From contig JADJCV010000004.1 in NCBI GenBank assembly GCA_016703025.1, forward strand, positions 491,164-555,163: DNA of 64,000 nt, in the 5' to 3' direction. Under the pieces are notes generated by a model. The model worked only from the letters and a program-made list of their open reading frames with translations. It searched no databases and was not told where the DNA came from. The position numbers were made by a program, and so were the translations under genes. Origin of the DNA: Candidatus Avedoeria danica (GTDB lineage: Bacteria > Chloroflexota > Anaerolineae > Epilineales > Epilineaceae). Below, piece after piece: positions 28,851 to 40,184 of this stretch. The first letter of the stretch is position 1; every line of letters begins with the position of its first letter.

Positions 28851-30575
28851 TCAGGGCAGCACCCAGGGCATTCGGTCGGGCGGCGGGGCCGGCTCGAGGA
28901 GGTAGACGTCCACGTAGTGGTGCCAGCCGATGTAGTTGTCATCGTCGTAGCCGAGGTCGATGTGCAGGCGCTTGATCCCGCCGCCCGTGTCGCCGGCCAG
29001 CCCGAGCCCGTAGCCCTCGACGTACAGGTTCGTCCGCAGCGGGATGACGCGCGGGTCGACCGCCACGATGCCCTTGCGCATGACCTCGCCGATCCGGGTG
29101 CGTCCGTACCACGGCGCCGAACGCGGCGTGCCGGCGCGGGAGGCGCTGTAGCTGGTGGCGTACGTGCGGAGCTTGCGCCAGTAGCGCATCGGACCGGCCT
29201 CGGTCATCACGGTGCCCCACGTGATGTGCGTGCCGTATGCCACCCGCTCCGCGACCGGCTCGCGCACGATCGTCTCGTCCAGCACCGCCCGGTCGACGAC
29301 ACGCCCGCCGTGGTACGTCACTTCGAGGCGCTGGGTGGCCAGACCGGGTACGCCCGCCTGCAGCACCGCCACGTCGTCCAGCGGGCGGTTCGGATCGGGG
29401 ACCGCCTCGGTCTGATACGGGATCTCGACGTCCCGCCACTCGAGGACGTCGCGCACCCGCGTCACCTCGACGGCGAGCCCCGGCGAGACCCCGGTCTCGG
29501 CCGGCGGGTCGACGATGTCGCGGCCCGCCAAGCCCACACCGGCTGCCTCCAGCGCGGCGCCGATCGTCGGCGCGCCGGAGCGCAGCTCGCGCGTCAGGCC
29601 GTCCGCATCGAGGGCGATCGGAACGCCGCGGTGGATCGTGATCTCGGGCGCGTAGGCCAGCGGCGTATCGAGCGGCGGCTGCACCCGGTCGCCCGGCAGA
29701 TGGCGCACGCCGGCCCGCTCGAGCGCCTGGCCGACGGTCTCGCCCGACGCCGCGAGCGGCGTGCGCACCCCGTCGTCGACCACCCAGATCGGGCGCGACC
29801 GCACGACGCGCACGACGTTGCGCCCGATGGTCGCCGGTGGGCGCTCGCTTGGACGAAGGGCCGCAAGGACCGGGGCGATCAGGCGGCGTGCGGCGGCGCG
29901 CGGGTCGTCGCCGGGGGTGCGCGCGGCGAGCGACGCCACGGAACGGCCCGTCGATGCGCCGCGGCCGGGGTGGTGGCCCGTTTCATCGGCGTATGCGACG
30001 CGGGGGCTGAAGACGCCGCGGAACATCTCATCGATCGGGAAACGTCCCGCCGCCGCCCGGACTGCCGCGCGGCTTCCGACGGGTGCGGGGAGGCGTGCGT
30101 CCAACGACCACGGCTGTCCGTTCACGGTGACGCTGTCCGCCGGGTCGAGGACGACACCGGCGGCTTGCAGCACCGCGCGCAGCGTACGGCCTTCGGCCGT
30201 CACGTCGGTGGCGCTGCCGTCGGCGACAACGGTGACGCGTGGCGCGCGGCGGACGACCACACGACCGCCGTCCGGCACGGCGGCATCGACCTTCGGTGCC
30301 ACGACGTCTTCCCTCGCCACACGGACGCCCAGCTCCGCCAACGCCAACCGCGTGGTGGCGGCCGTCGTCACGACGCGGTCCGACCGGCCGTCGACGTCGA
30401 GCGTGACGGTGCGCGCGGCTGCGCGGTGGAGATAGGGGACCAGCGCTGCGACGGCGGCGGCGCCGAGCGGGGCGAGCCACGGCCGCACCAGCGCCAGGGA
30501 TCGCCGGGCCGCACCTGAAGTGCGGTCCGCGCGGCGACCGAGCCCATTCGAGGATTTCCCCACGCCCCCCTCCAC
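28851..30575 (-). CDS. YabE-like protein: DUF348 repeats + G5 domain + C-terminal 3D (MltA-like) domain
   Basis: G5-like segment (QRLEVTYHGGRVVDRAVLDETIVREPVAERVAYGT) and 3D domain (GIVAVDPRVIPLRTNLYVEGYGLGLAGDTGGGIKRLHIDLGYDD). Sits upstream of ksgA as yabE does in Firmicutes. Confidence 0.7.
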   Translation of the reverse strand: MEGGVGKSSNGLGRRADRTSGAARRSLALVRPWLAPLGAAAVAALVPYLHRAAARTVTLDVDGRSDRVVTTAATTRLALAELGVRVAREDVVAPKVDAAVPDGGRVVVRRAPRVTVVADGSATDVTAEGRTLRAVLQAAGVVLDPADSVTVNGQPWSLDARLPAPVGSRAAVRAAAGRFPIDEMFRGVFSPRVAYADETGHHPGRGASTGRSVASLAARTPGDDPRAAARRLIAPVLAALRPSERPPATIGRNVVRVVRSRPIWVVDDGVRTPLAASGETVGQALERAGVRHLPGDRVQPPLDTPLAYAPEITIHRGVPIALDADGLTRELRSGAPTIGAALEAAGVGLAGRDIVDPPAETGVSPGLAVEVTRVRDVLEWRDVEIPYQTEAVPDPNRPLDDVAVLQAGVPGLATQRLEVTYHGGRVVDRAVLDETIVREPVAERVAYGTHITWGTVMTEAGPMRYWRKLRTYATSYSASRAGTPRSAPWYGRTRIGEVMRKGIVAVDPRVIPLRTNLYVEGYGLGLAGDTGGGIKRLHIDLGYDDDNYIGWHHYVDVYLLEPAPPPDRMPWVLP

Positions 30576-30672
30576 GTACTCCGTCCCCTGGCACGCCGCG
30601 GACTCACGGGCGAACCCGCGTGATCCGCTGATGCTGCTGGGACGGCGTACCAGCAGCGCCGCTCACCGGCCC

Positions 30673-30789
30673 GGCAGGCCCGCCCAAGGCGAACCCGCGG
30701 CACCCGGAGGACATCCCTTAGCGCTGCTTCCTTCCGGACCTGACGCGGTTCGAGCGCCTCCGCCGCGCAGGACCCTGAGCGGGCCTGCC
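30673..30789 (-). ncRNA. ffs: Signal recognition particle RNA (small 4.5S type, ffs)
   Basis: Minus-strand sequence GGCAGGCCCGC...CGCGUCAGGUCCGGAAGGAAGCAGCGCUAAGGGAUGU...GCGGGCCUGCC contains the universally conserved domain IV motif GUCAGGUCCGGAAGGAAGCAGC. The 5' GGCAGGCCCGC and 3' GCGGGCCUGCC ends pair perfectly. TAGAAT -10-like hexamer ~23 nt upstream suggests a processed 5' leader. Confidence 0.8.
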
Positions 30790-30921
30790 GGATCGGCGAA
30801 CGTGACGGTGGATTCTAGTACAGCGGCGTCGAAACGGGCGACGGCGAGGTGGGGGACGACGGTCAGCCAAGTGCGAAAACCATCGGATGGGGCGGCGGAC
30901 TCAAGGGCGCCTTAAGCTTAA

Positions 30922-30950
30922 TGTAACCGTAATGACAGTTCGCGCCGCGC
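30922..30950 (+). promoter_or_regulatory. Strong sigma70-like promoter (ATGACA-17-TATACT) with no downstream CDS
   Basis: ATGACA 30922-30927, 17-nt GC-rich spacer, TATACT 30945-30950, embedded in an AT-richer island (CTTAAGCTTAATGTAACCGTAATGACAG). Confidence 0.4.
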
Positions 30951-30956
30951 CCCGTA

Positions 30957-31120
30957 TACTCAGCGGCGTAGCACGAACACGCCAGCGGCTGTGTGGGGGT
31001 CTGCCACGAGAGTGGCGACGCGTTGTGTGTGGGTGCTGCGCAAGGACCAGTGTCCAGGGCGAACGCCTTGGGGCGCTGGTCCTTTGTCTTGCGACGTCCT
31101 GTTGTCTTGCGAAGTCCTGT
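30957..31120 (+). ncRNA. Candidate small RNA (~160 nt) defined by the above promoter and a downstream hairpin + U-rich tract
   Basis: Predicted transcript contains several short hairpins and ends at AAGGACCAG-[25-nt loop with sub-hairpin]-CUGGUCCUU followed by UGUCUUGCG (31057-31113). No ORF with plausible codon usage. Identity unknown. Confidence 0.25.
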
Positions 31121-31130
31121 TGTCTTTCGA
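31075..31130. repeat. Three tandem copies of an 18-nt unit (GTCCTGTTGTCTTGCGAA) in the intergenic region 3' of the bPH_2 gene
   Basis: GTCCTTTGTCTTGCGAC / GTCCTGTTGTCTTGCGAA / GTCCTGTTGTCTTTCGAA read directly. Confidence 0.6.
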
Positions 31131-31224
31131 AAGCCCACTCGTCATGCGAAGCGCTGACGATCACGCCAGCCACTGCCGGAATACGAGCCGCCGTCAAAAT
31201 CCGTGGCCGCGCGGCAGGGCAGTC

Positions 31225-31815
31225 CTACATCTCTTCGCGGTAGCTCAGGCCGTACTGCTTGCGCGCTTCGAGCACCGCCGCGCGCAGGATCTCCATGACG
31301 TTGTCGGGCTCGGTGACGTTCCGAAGGACGACCAAGGCATTGTCCGGGTCATGCGACTGGACGCGGATGTCGCCGATGTTGAACATGCGCTCGCCGATCG
31401 ACTGGGTCTGGTCCAGGTCCTGAATCCGCACGTGCTCGATATCCGAGCGCATCCGGGTGAGCAGGCCGTGGCTGATCCGCAACCGTTGGCTCGTGATCGT
31501 GTAACGCGTCAACAGCGACAGGAACGGGCGACCCTGCCAGAGCACGCGCTCCTTGGCCGGATCGAGGTCGGCGGTGTCGTCGTCGCCGCCCGGTGACGCG
31601 GCTTCCATGAGCGCGTCGAACTCGGTCGCCATGCCGTCGCTGATCGCGCTGACCAGGCGATCGGCCGCGTCCGGCGGCAGGCCGGACAGGTCGACGCCGC
31701 TTTGGGCCACGGACTGCCAGATCCGGGCCTTGAGCCTCGACTGGACATCGCTTGGCGTCATCCCATCGCTCGGTGTCACCCTATCGCTCGGTGTCACCCC
31801 ATCGCTCGGTGTCAT
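31225..31815 (-). CDS. Bacterial PH-domain (bPH_2 / YdbT-like) protein with N-terminal tandem hexapeptide repeats
   Basis: 196-aa product from ATG 31815 (AGGAG RBS 5 nt upstream): MTPSDGVTPSDRVTPSDGMTPSD... then ...RVLWQGRPFLSLLTRYTITSQRLRISHGLLTRMRSDIEHVRIQDL... typical of bPH_2. N-terminal repeats are encoded by four tandem 18-nt DNA repeats (31745-31815). Upstream 97 codons of ORF 31225..32106 overlap rpmB and are artefact. Confidence 0.65.
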   Translation of the reverse strand: MTPSDGVTPSDRVTPSDGMTPSDVQSRLKARIWQSVAQSGVDLSGLPPDAADRLVSAISDGMATEFDALMEAASPGGDDDTADLDPAKERVLWQGRPFLSLLTRYTITSQRLRISHGLLTRMRSDIEHVRIQDLDQTQSIGERMFNIGDIRVQSHDPDNALVVLRNVTEPDNVMEILRAAVLEARKQYGLSYREEM

Positions 31816-31877
31816 CGCGCGCTCCTGTCGATTCCGGCCACAGCTGCGTCGACCACGATCTGGATAGCGCCGAGCGG

Positions 31878-32117
31878 CTACATGACGTCGGCGAGCGTCC
31901 GGCCTTCGGCCTTGAGGGCCGCGGAAAGGCCCTTCTTGGAGATCGTGCGCAGCGCGCTGGCGGACACCTTCAGGTTCACGAACTTGCCGAGTTCCGGCAC
32001 GTACAGCCGCCGGTTCTGGAGGTTGACGTTCCAGATCTTCTTCGTCCGCCGGTGCGAGAACGACACGTTCATGGCCGTGAACGGCCCCTTGCCCGTAACC
32101 TGACACTTGCGCGCCAT
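31878..32117 (-). CDS. rpmB: 50S ribosomal protein L28
   Basis: MARKCQVTGKGPFTAMNVSFSHRRTKKIWNVNLQNRRLYVPELGKFVNLKVSASALRTISKKG matches L28; start set to the internal ATG of ORF 31878..32249. Confidence 0.9.
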   Translation of the reverse strand: MARKCQVTGKGPFTAMNVSFSHRRTKKIWNVNLQNRRLYVPELGKFVNLKVSASALRTISKKGLSAALKAEGRTLADVM

Positions 32118-32258
32118 GAGATCCTCCTTGCGCCGTCCGGCCGGTCGGCCGAATCGGCGTCGATCGTCGAGTCCAAGTCGTCGGCTTGTCGCCGCTCCGC
32201 CTTCACCGCCGCCGGACCGCGGATGCGCTCGGACACATGCCCGAGCCATCGTGCGGCC

Positions 32259-32783
32259 TCAGCGGCCCATCTCCCACACCACGTGCTCGATCTCAGGCGA
32301 GATCAAGCGCTCGAACGCCAACCGCACCGCGTCCGGCGAGCCGGGCAGCGCGTACACCACCGCATCTCCGACCGTGCCCGCCGCCGCCCGCGAGAGCGTC
32401 GCCGCCGCTCCGACGCTCTCCCAGCTCAGCATCCGAAACAGCTCTCCGAACCCGGGCATCACCTTGTCGAACCGTCGCAGCACGACGTCCGCCGTGTTGT
32501 CCCGCCGGCTGATCCCCGTCCCGCCGTTCACGACGACGACCCGGCAACCCGCCGCCAAACATCCGTCGAGCGCCTGATCGATCGCCGCCGGATCGTCGCG
32601 GACCAGCACAGCGGCGCCCACGACATGACCTGCGGACCGCACCGCCTCCGCCAACCACCGGCCGTTGACGTCCGTCGCGGCCGTCCGGCTGTCGCTGACC
32701 GTCACGAGGCCGATCGCGATGGCGGCCGAAGAGCGGTCAGCGCCCGTCCGACGGGCCGCGTCCCGGTGGGCAGCCGCGGTCAC
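32259..32783 (-). CDS. moaB: Molybdenum cofactor biosynthesis protein B (MoaB/MogA family)
   Basis: IAIGLVTVSDSRT...VVVVNGGTGISRRDNT...GFGELFRMLSWE...VYALPGSP. GTG start at 32783, 11 nt after rpmG stop. N-terminal part of ORF 32259..32906 overlaps rpmG and is artefact. Confidence 0.8.
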   Translation of the reverse strand: MTAAAHRDAARRTGADRSSAAIAIGLVTVSDSRTAATDVNGRWLAEAVRSAGHVVGAAVLVRDDPAAIDQALDGCLAAGCRVVVVNGGTGISRRDNTADVVLRRFDKVMPGFGELFRMLSWESVGAAATLSRAAAGTVGDAVVYALPGSPDAVRLAFERLISPEIEHVVWEMGR

Positions 32784-32793
32784 GGACGGCGGA

Positions 32794-32961
32794 CTACTTC
32801 GCCTCGCGGAACAAGACGTGCTTGCGCACGACCGGATCGTACTTCTTGATCTCCAGCCGGCCGGGATCGTTGCGGCGGTTCTTTTCCGAGACGTACGTGA
32901 ACGCACTCTCGGTGGACCGCAGCTTGATCACCATCCGGACGTCTTTCTTTCTACCTGCCAT
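32794..32961 (-). CDS. rpmG: 50S ribosomal protein L33
   Basis: Manual translation [55 protein letters not shown] matches L33. Not listed in ORF track (55 aa). Confidence 0.85.
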   Translation of the reverse strand: MAGRKKDVRMVIKLRSTESAFTYVSEKNRRNDPGRLEIKKYDPVVRKHVLFREAK

Positions 32962-33024
32962 GAACGCACTCCTTCGGCGGACGACAAACGGCGATGATAC
33001 GCGCGCGGCGGGCGGTTGTCACGT

Positions 33025-34467
33025 TTACGGGCAGCCGGCCTTGAACGTCACCGGGTTGAAGAGGGGGTTGTACGGCGCGTTGATGTTCGTCAGGCCGAGG
33101 TAGATCTTCGGCGGGTTCGCCGGACTGGGCGGGCGGTTCGGGGCGCTCGGCTGGCCGAACGAGCCGATGTCGGACGGGTTGGCCAGCGCGTTCTGGATGA
33201 CGGCCGGCGGCACGCGGCCGTTCAGCGTCGGACAGAGGCGCGGCTCGAGCGGGCCGTACGGGCTGACGGTCGGCACGGCCGTGGGGGTCGGCGTGCGGAC
33301 GACCTCGGTGGCCGTCAGGGCGTAGAGATCGCCCGAGACGGTCTGCCGGCCGGTGCGCAGCTTGCCGCGACCGCCATACAGGATCGGCGTCTTGTGGACG
33401 GGGTCGTAGATCATCGAGGCCCCGATTCGGTCGCCGAGCGGTGTCTTCAAGTTGCGCCAGACGGGCGGCGTGACGCCAAGGTCCAGCGCCCAGACATCCG
33501 GGGCAGCCACGATCTCGCCCGTCGAGTGGATCGTCTTGATGTCGCCGCCATAGACCACCAGATGGTTGAGGTCGGCGTTGTATGCGGCCGTGTGCAGCGC
33601 GCGGCCGCTGGGCACCGACAGCGCGCCCGTGTTCACGAACGCGAGCTTCTGCCACTTCGAATTGACATAATCACTGGAGGTCATGTCCAGCGTCCAGACT
33701 TCGTTCGTGCCGTCGATCCGGTCGTACGTTCCGCCGAAGAGGAGGATTCGCTTCAGGCGGCTGTCGAACACCGCCGTCGCGCCGAACAGGCGCGGGCCGC
33801 TCGGGCCGCGCACCCAGCGCGGCGCACCGGTCAACGCGTCGAACTGCAGGAACAGCGTATCGTTGTACGGATCGTCGCACTCGATGCTGGCGGTCGGGAA
33901 GAAGATGCAGCGCTCGTTGCCGCCCTGCACGACCACGACGTCGTTGTTGGGGTCGTACACCACCGCCGCCAGCACGCGGTGATCGAACGCGCCCTCGGGC
34001 TTGATCGCGCTCCACGTGTTGTTGACGAGGTCATGCACCTGGAGCTGCTTGAACGGCGTCGCCACTGCGTCCGTGCCGCCGATCCAGTAGATCTTGCGAT
34101 CGACGCCCTTGGCCCGGAACGCCCCGGCGGCACCCCAGAGCTCGGCGATCGCCCCGGCGGGCCGCAACCCGTTGTCCACCTTGGCGCCCGCCAGCGCCGC
34201 CGAGAGGTCGACGGCGTCCAACTGGTTGCGAACGTTGCCGTTCAGATCGAACCCGCCGTACAGATAGAGCTTCTTGGCGACGTTGTCATAGGCCGTGGCC
34301 CGGTGGAACAGCTTGGCGTTGATCGATGCGAACTTCTGCCAGGCGTAGACCGTGACGGGCTGTGCGGCGGCCCGCGACGGGCCAAGCGGCAGGATCAGCG
34401 CGGCCGTCAAAGCCAGCGCCGCGCACCGCGCCAGCGTGCGTCGTGTGCTCAACGTGGTGTGCAGCAT
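33025..34467 (-). CDS. Secreted Kelch-repeat beta-propeller protein
   Basis: Start at ATG 34467 (GAGGAGG RBS) giving signal peptide MLHTTLSTRRTLARCAALALTAALILPLGPSRAAAQ; repeated ...LYLYGG/LLFGG/VVYGG/ILYGG Kelch blades; PT-rich C-terminal linker. Confidence 0.7.
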   Translation of the reverse strand: MLHTTLSTRRTLARCAALALTAALILPLGPSRAAAQPVTVYAWQKFASINAKLFHRATAYDNVAKKLYLYGGFDLNGNVRNQLDAVDLSAALAGAKVDNGLRPAGAIAELWGAAGAFRAKGVDRKIYWIGGTDAVATPFKQLQVHDLVNNTWSAIKPEGAFDHRVLAAVVYDPNNDVVVVQGGNERCIFFPTASIECDDPYNDTLFLQFDALTGAPRWVRGPSGPRLFGATAVFDSRLKRILLFGGTYDRIDGTNEVWTLDMTSSDYVNSKWQKLAFVNTGALSVPSGRALHTAAYNADLNHLVVYGGDIKTIHSTGEIVAAPDVWALDLGVTPPVWRNLKTPLGDRIGASMIYDPVHKTPILYGGRGKLRTGRQTVSGDLYALTATEVVRTPTPTAVPTVSPYGPLEPRLCPTLNGRVPPAVIQNALANPSDIGSFGQPSAPNRPPSPANPPKIYLGLTNINAPYNPLFNPVTFKAGCP

Positions 34468-34633
34468 GAGACCTCCTCGACCCGTACGACAGCCCTGCGC
34501 AGCATCGCGCGCGTCATTGTAGCCCGCACGACCGGCACGGCCGGCGGGGCAACCGCTATAACGACGACCGGCGGCGAAGGATACGACGGCTTTGCGGGTT
34601 TCGCCCGGCGATCGACCGTTCGACGGCCACGAC

Positions 34634-35548
34634 TCACGCGCCCGTTCGATCGAAGAGATCGACGGGATCGTCGAGATCTGCGCGATCGGCCTCAGCGGCC
34701 GGGTCGGCCGAATCGACCGTTGCCCCATTGTCGCCCGCAGGCTGCTCGCGCAGGAACCACAGCGGCTTGTACGGCCGCCAGCGGAGCCCGAACGACGAAG
34801 TGGCGAAATCGAGGAGGTGCGCCATCGCCTCCTCGGGCACGTCGGTGACGAGGATGCGGTCGACGTCCGCGGCGGCGATCGTCCCGGCGGCAACCATCGT
34901 ATGGCGCATGTACGCCACCAGCGGCTGCCAGTAGTCGGCGCCCATTAGGACCACCGGGAAGCCGTGCATCTTGCCGGTCTGGATGAGCGTCGTGGCATCG
35001 AACAGCTCGTCGAGCGTGCCGAAGCCGCCCGGGAGGATGACGAAGCCCATCGAGTACTTCAGGAGCATCACCTTGCGGATGAAGAAGTAGTCGAACTCGA
35101 CGTCGACGTCGAGATAGGGGTTCGCGTCCTCTTCGTGCGGCAGCCGGATGCGGCTGCCCACCGACATGCCGCCGTTCTCGCGCGCGCCGCGGTTGGCAGC
35201 CTCCATGATCCCGGGCCCGCCGCCCGTCATCGTCACGAAGCCGGCACGCGCCAGTCGCGCGCCCATCTCGTGCGCGAGCACACAGTAGCGGTGCTCCTGT
35301 GGGAACCGCGCCGAGCCGAACACCGTCACGCACGGGCCGATGAAGTGAAACGTCCGAAACCCGCGCACGAACTCGGCCGCCATCCGGAAGAGCTCGCGCG
35401 TCTCGCGCCGCCGCGGTCGTGGGCCGCGAAGGAACTCGCCCTCGAACGCCGTGGCCGACCAGCCGTCCCACGGAGGTGCGTCGGCCGGTCGTCGGGCGGC
35501 GCCGGCCGTCGCCGCAGGCGGTGGATCAGGATCGATGTCGTTGGGCAT
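34634..35548 (-). CDS. LOG-family protein (TIGR00730; cytokinin riboside 5'-monophosphate phosphoribohydrolase-like)
   Basis: [20 protein letters not shown] and [20 protein letters not shown] motifs; ATG at 35548 (upstream part of ORF 34634..35989 is artefact). Confidence 0.85.
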   Translation of the reverse strand: MPNDIDPDPPPAATAGAARRPADAPPWDGWSATAFEGEFLRGPRPRRRETRELFRMAAEFVRGFRTFHFIGPCVTVFGSARFPQEHRYCVLAHEMGARLARAGFVTMTGGGPGIMEAANRGARENGGMSVGSRIRLPHEEDANPYLDVDVEFDYFFIRKVMLLKYSMGFVILPGGFGTLDELFDATTLIQTGKMHGFPVVLMGADYWQPLVAYMRHTMVAAGTIAAADVDRILVTDVPEEAMAHLLDFATSSFGLRWRPYKPLWFLREQPAGDNGATVDSADPAAEADRADLDDPVDLFDRTGA

Positions 35549-35703
35549 CCGTGCTCGTCCCGTTTGTTGTAGGCAAAGGTCGTGTGGGCCAGGCGATCCG
35601 GTGCGGACGCGCCGCGTCCCGGTCGTCCGCCTTTGGCCGCCGCCGCCGCCGAATGGTACCCTCACCGGGTTCGTCCGACCGAGCGATGAGGATGCAACCA
35701 GCC

Positions 35704-38673
<2,970 letters not shown>

Positions 38674-38751
38674 CCATCGCGGCGCTCGTCCGTCATCCGT
38701 TGGGTGGCGGCGCACCCCCCGTGCCGCCGAAACAAGCTCAAGGAGTGTGCG

Positions 38752-40074
38752 ATGTATCGTGCCCCGCACCATCGCTTCCTCGTCGCCGCCTGCATGGCGA
38801 TCGTGTTGTCCGGTTTCGTCGCCCGATCCGCCCGGGCCGAGGTTTCGGCGTTCGAGATCACGGTCCTCAACCTCGTCAACCAGGACCGCGCCGCCCTTGG
38901 GCGCGCCGCCCTTGGGACGGACGTCCGTTTGTTCAACGCGGCCGAGGGGCACACCGAGTGGATGTGCGCGAACCAGACGCTGTCGCACATCGGCGCCGGC
39001 GGTTCGAGCCCGGGCACACGCGCCACGGCCGCCGGCTACGTCTGGAACGCGATCGGCGAGACGATCGCCCAAGGCTACGCCACGCCCCAGGATGTCGTGA
39101 ACGGCTGGCGCGGTTCGTCCCCGCACTGGACGATCCTGATGAGCGCCACGTACCGCGACATCGGCGTGGCATACGTGGCGTGCACCGGGCAGACCCGCCG
39201 GCACTACTGGACGGCGATGGTCGCCAACAGCACGCGCTCGGCCACGCCCGTGAGCACGCCGACCACCGGCCCGACGCCGACCGTGACCCGCACCGCCACG
39301 CGCACCCCGACGCGCACCTCGACCGCCACGAGCGCCGGGCCGACGGCGACGATCCTTGTCGTGACCGCCACACCGTCCGCGACGCGCACCCGGACCGCGA
39401 CGCCCGGCACGTCGTCGACGCCGACGCGTACCCCAACGCGCACGCCCACACGCACCGCCACCTCGCCGTCCCAGCCGACGGCGACCCGGACACGCACGGC
39501 CACGCGGCCGCCGTCGACCGCCACGCCGTCACGCACACCCACCCGGACCCCAACGCGTACGGCCACCGCCGTGTCGCTCGCCACCGCCACGCCGCCGCCG
39601 GCTGCCACCGCGATCGGTCCGACGGCGGCGGCGCCGGTCGGTGTGGCTGCCCTCATCGGCCGGGTCGTGCTCCAGGGCCGCCTGTCGCACGGGGGCACGA
39701 CGATCTACGTCAACGGGGCGCCGCTGGCGATCACGTCCGACGACGGTTCGTTTGTCGTTCGGGGCCTCGCGCCGGGCTTCAAGACCGTCCGGGCGCAGCG
39801 CTTCGGGTACCTGGATGCGGCCGCGCAGACCCCGCTCGTGGGCGGTCAGTGGACCGTGCTCGGTTCGGCGAAGCTCCTCAGCGGCGACGTCCACGTCGAC
39901 CATCGGGTGACGGCGCTCGATCAGCTCGTCGTCCAGCTGCGCTACGGCGCATGCATCGGCACGCCGGCATACGCCGTGCACATCGATCTCAACGGCAGCG
40001 GCTGCATCGACGCCGCTGACCTGGCGCTCGTCACGCAGAACGTGGGGCGGTTCGGGCCGACGGCCTGGCAGTAG
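38752..40074 (+). CDS. Secreted CAP/SCP/PR1-like domain protein with Thr/Pro-rich linker and C-terminal CarbopepD_reg-like + dockerin-like segment
   Basis: Signal peptide MYRAPHHRFLVAACMAIVLSGFVARSARA; CAP motifs (HTEWMCANQTLSH, GWRGSSPHW); ~140-aa (PTRT)n linker encoded by DNA tandem repeats (~39230-39600); C-terminal IDLNGSGCIDAADLALV resembles a dockerin Ca-binding repeat. Confidence 0.65.
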   Translation: MYRAPHHRFLVAACMAIVLSGFVARSARAEVSAFEITVLNLVNQDRAALGRAALGTDVRLFNAAEGHTEWMCANQTLSHIGAGGSSPGTRATAAGYVWNAIGETIAQGYATPQDVVNGWRGSSPHWTILMSATYRDIGVAYVACTGQTRRHYWTAMVANSTRSATPVSTPTTGPTPTVTRTATRTPTRTSTATSAGPTATILVVTATPSATRTRTATPGTSSTPTRTPTRTPTRTATSPSQPTATRTRTATRPPSTATPSRTPTRTPTRTATAVSLATATPPPAATAIGPTAAAPVGVAALIGRVVLQGRLSHGGTTIYVNGAPLAITSDDGSFVVRGLAPGFKTVRAQRFGYLDAAAQTPLVGGQWTVLGSAKLLSGDVHVDHRVTALDQLVVQLRYGACIGTPAYAVHIDLNGSGCIDAADLALVTQNVGRFGPTAWQ

Positions 40075-40184
40075 CGCCGTCGCGGACGACATCGTGCGAA
40101 CCGTGCGGAATTCGGATAAGCTTACGGCCGGATCCCTCGCCGAGCGGGCGGGGGCGCCGGCCGTCATGCTTGAAGGAGGCCCCA

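Noticed and set aside
28322-28942. ORF 28322..28942 (-) 206 aa overlapping ksgA start/yabE end
   Set aside because: Arg/Gly-rich nonsense in alternate frame of real genes.
30800-31000. Considered tmRNA (ssrA) because of GCTTAA near an AT-rich patch
   Set aside because: No tRNA-like T-arm (GGTTCGA(A/T)TCC), no acceptor pairing, no ANDENYALAA-type tag frame.
31075-31130. Tandem 18-nt repeats as a possible CRISPR array
   Set aside because: Units are contiguous without spacers, only three copies, no cas genes nearby.
30863-31138. Minus-strand ORF encoding MGFRKTTGLRKTTGRRKT… (basic RKTTG repeats)
   Set aside because: Repeats are a by-product of the 18-nt intergenic tandem array; remainder translates promoter DNA; codon usage atypical; no RBS.
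35549-35703. Looked for a glycine riboswitch upstream of gcvP
   Set aside because: No GGAGAG / ACCGAAGGGGCAA-type aptamer motifs seen; region is short (155 nt) and shared with the divergent LOG promoter.
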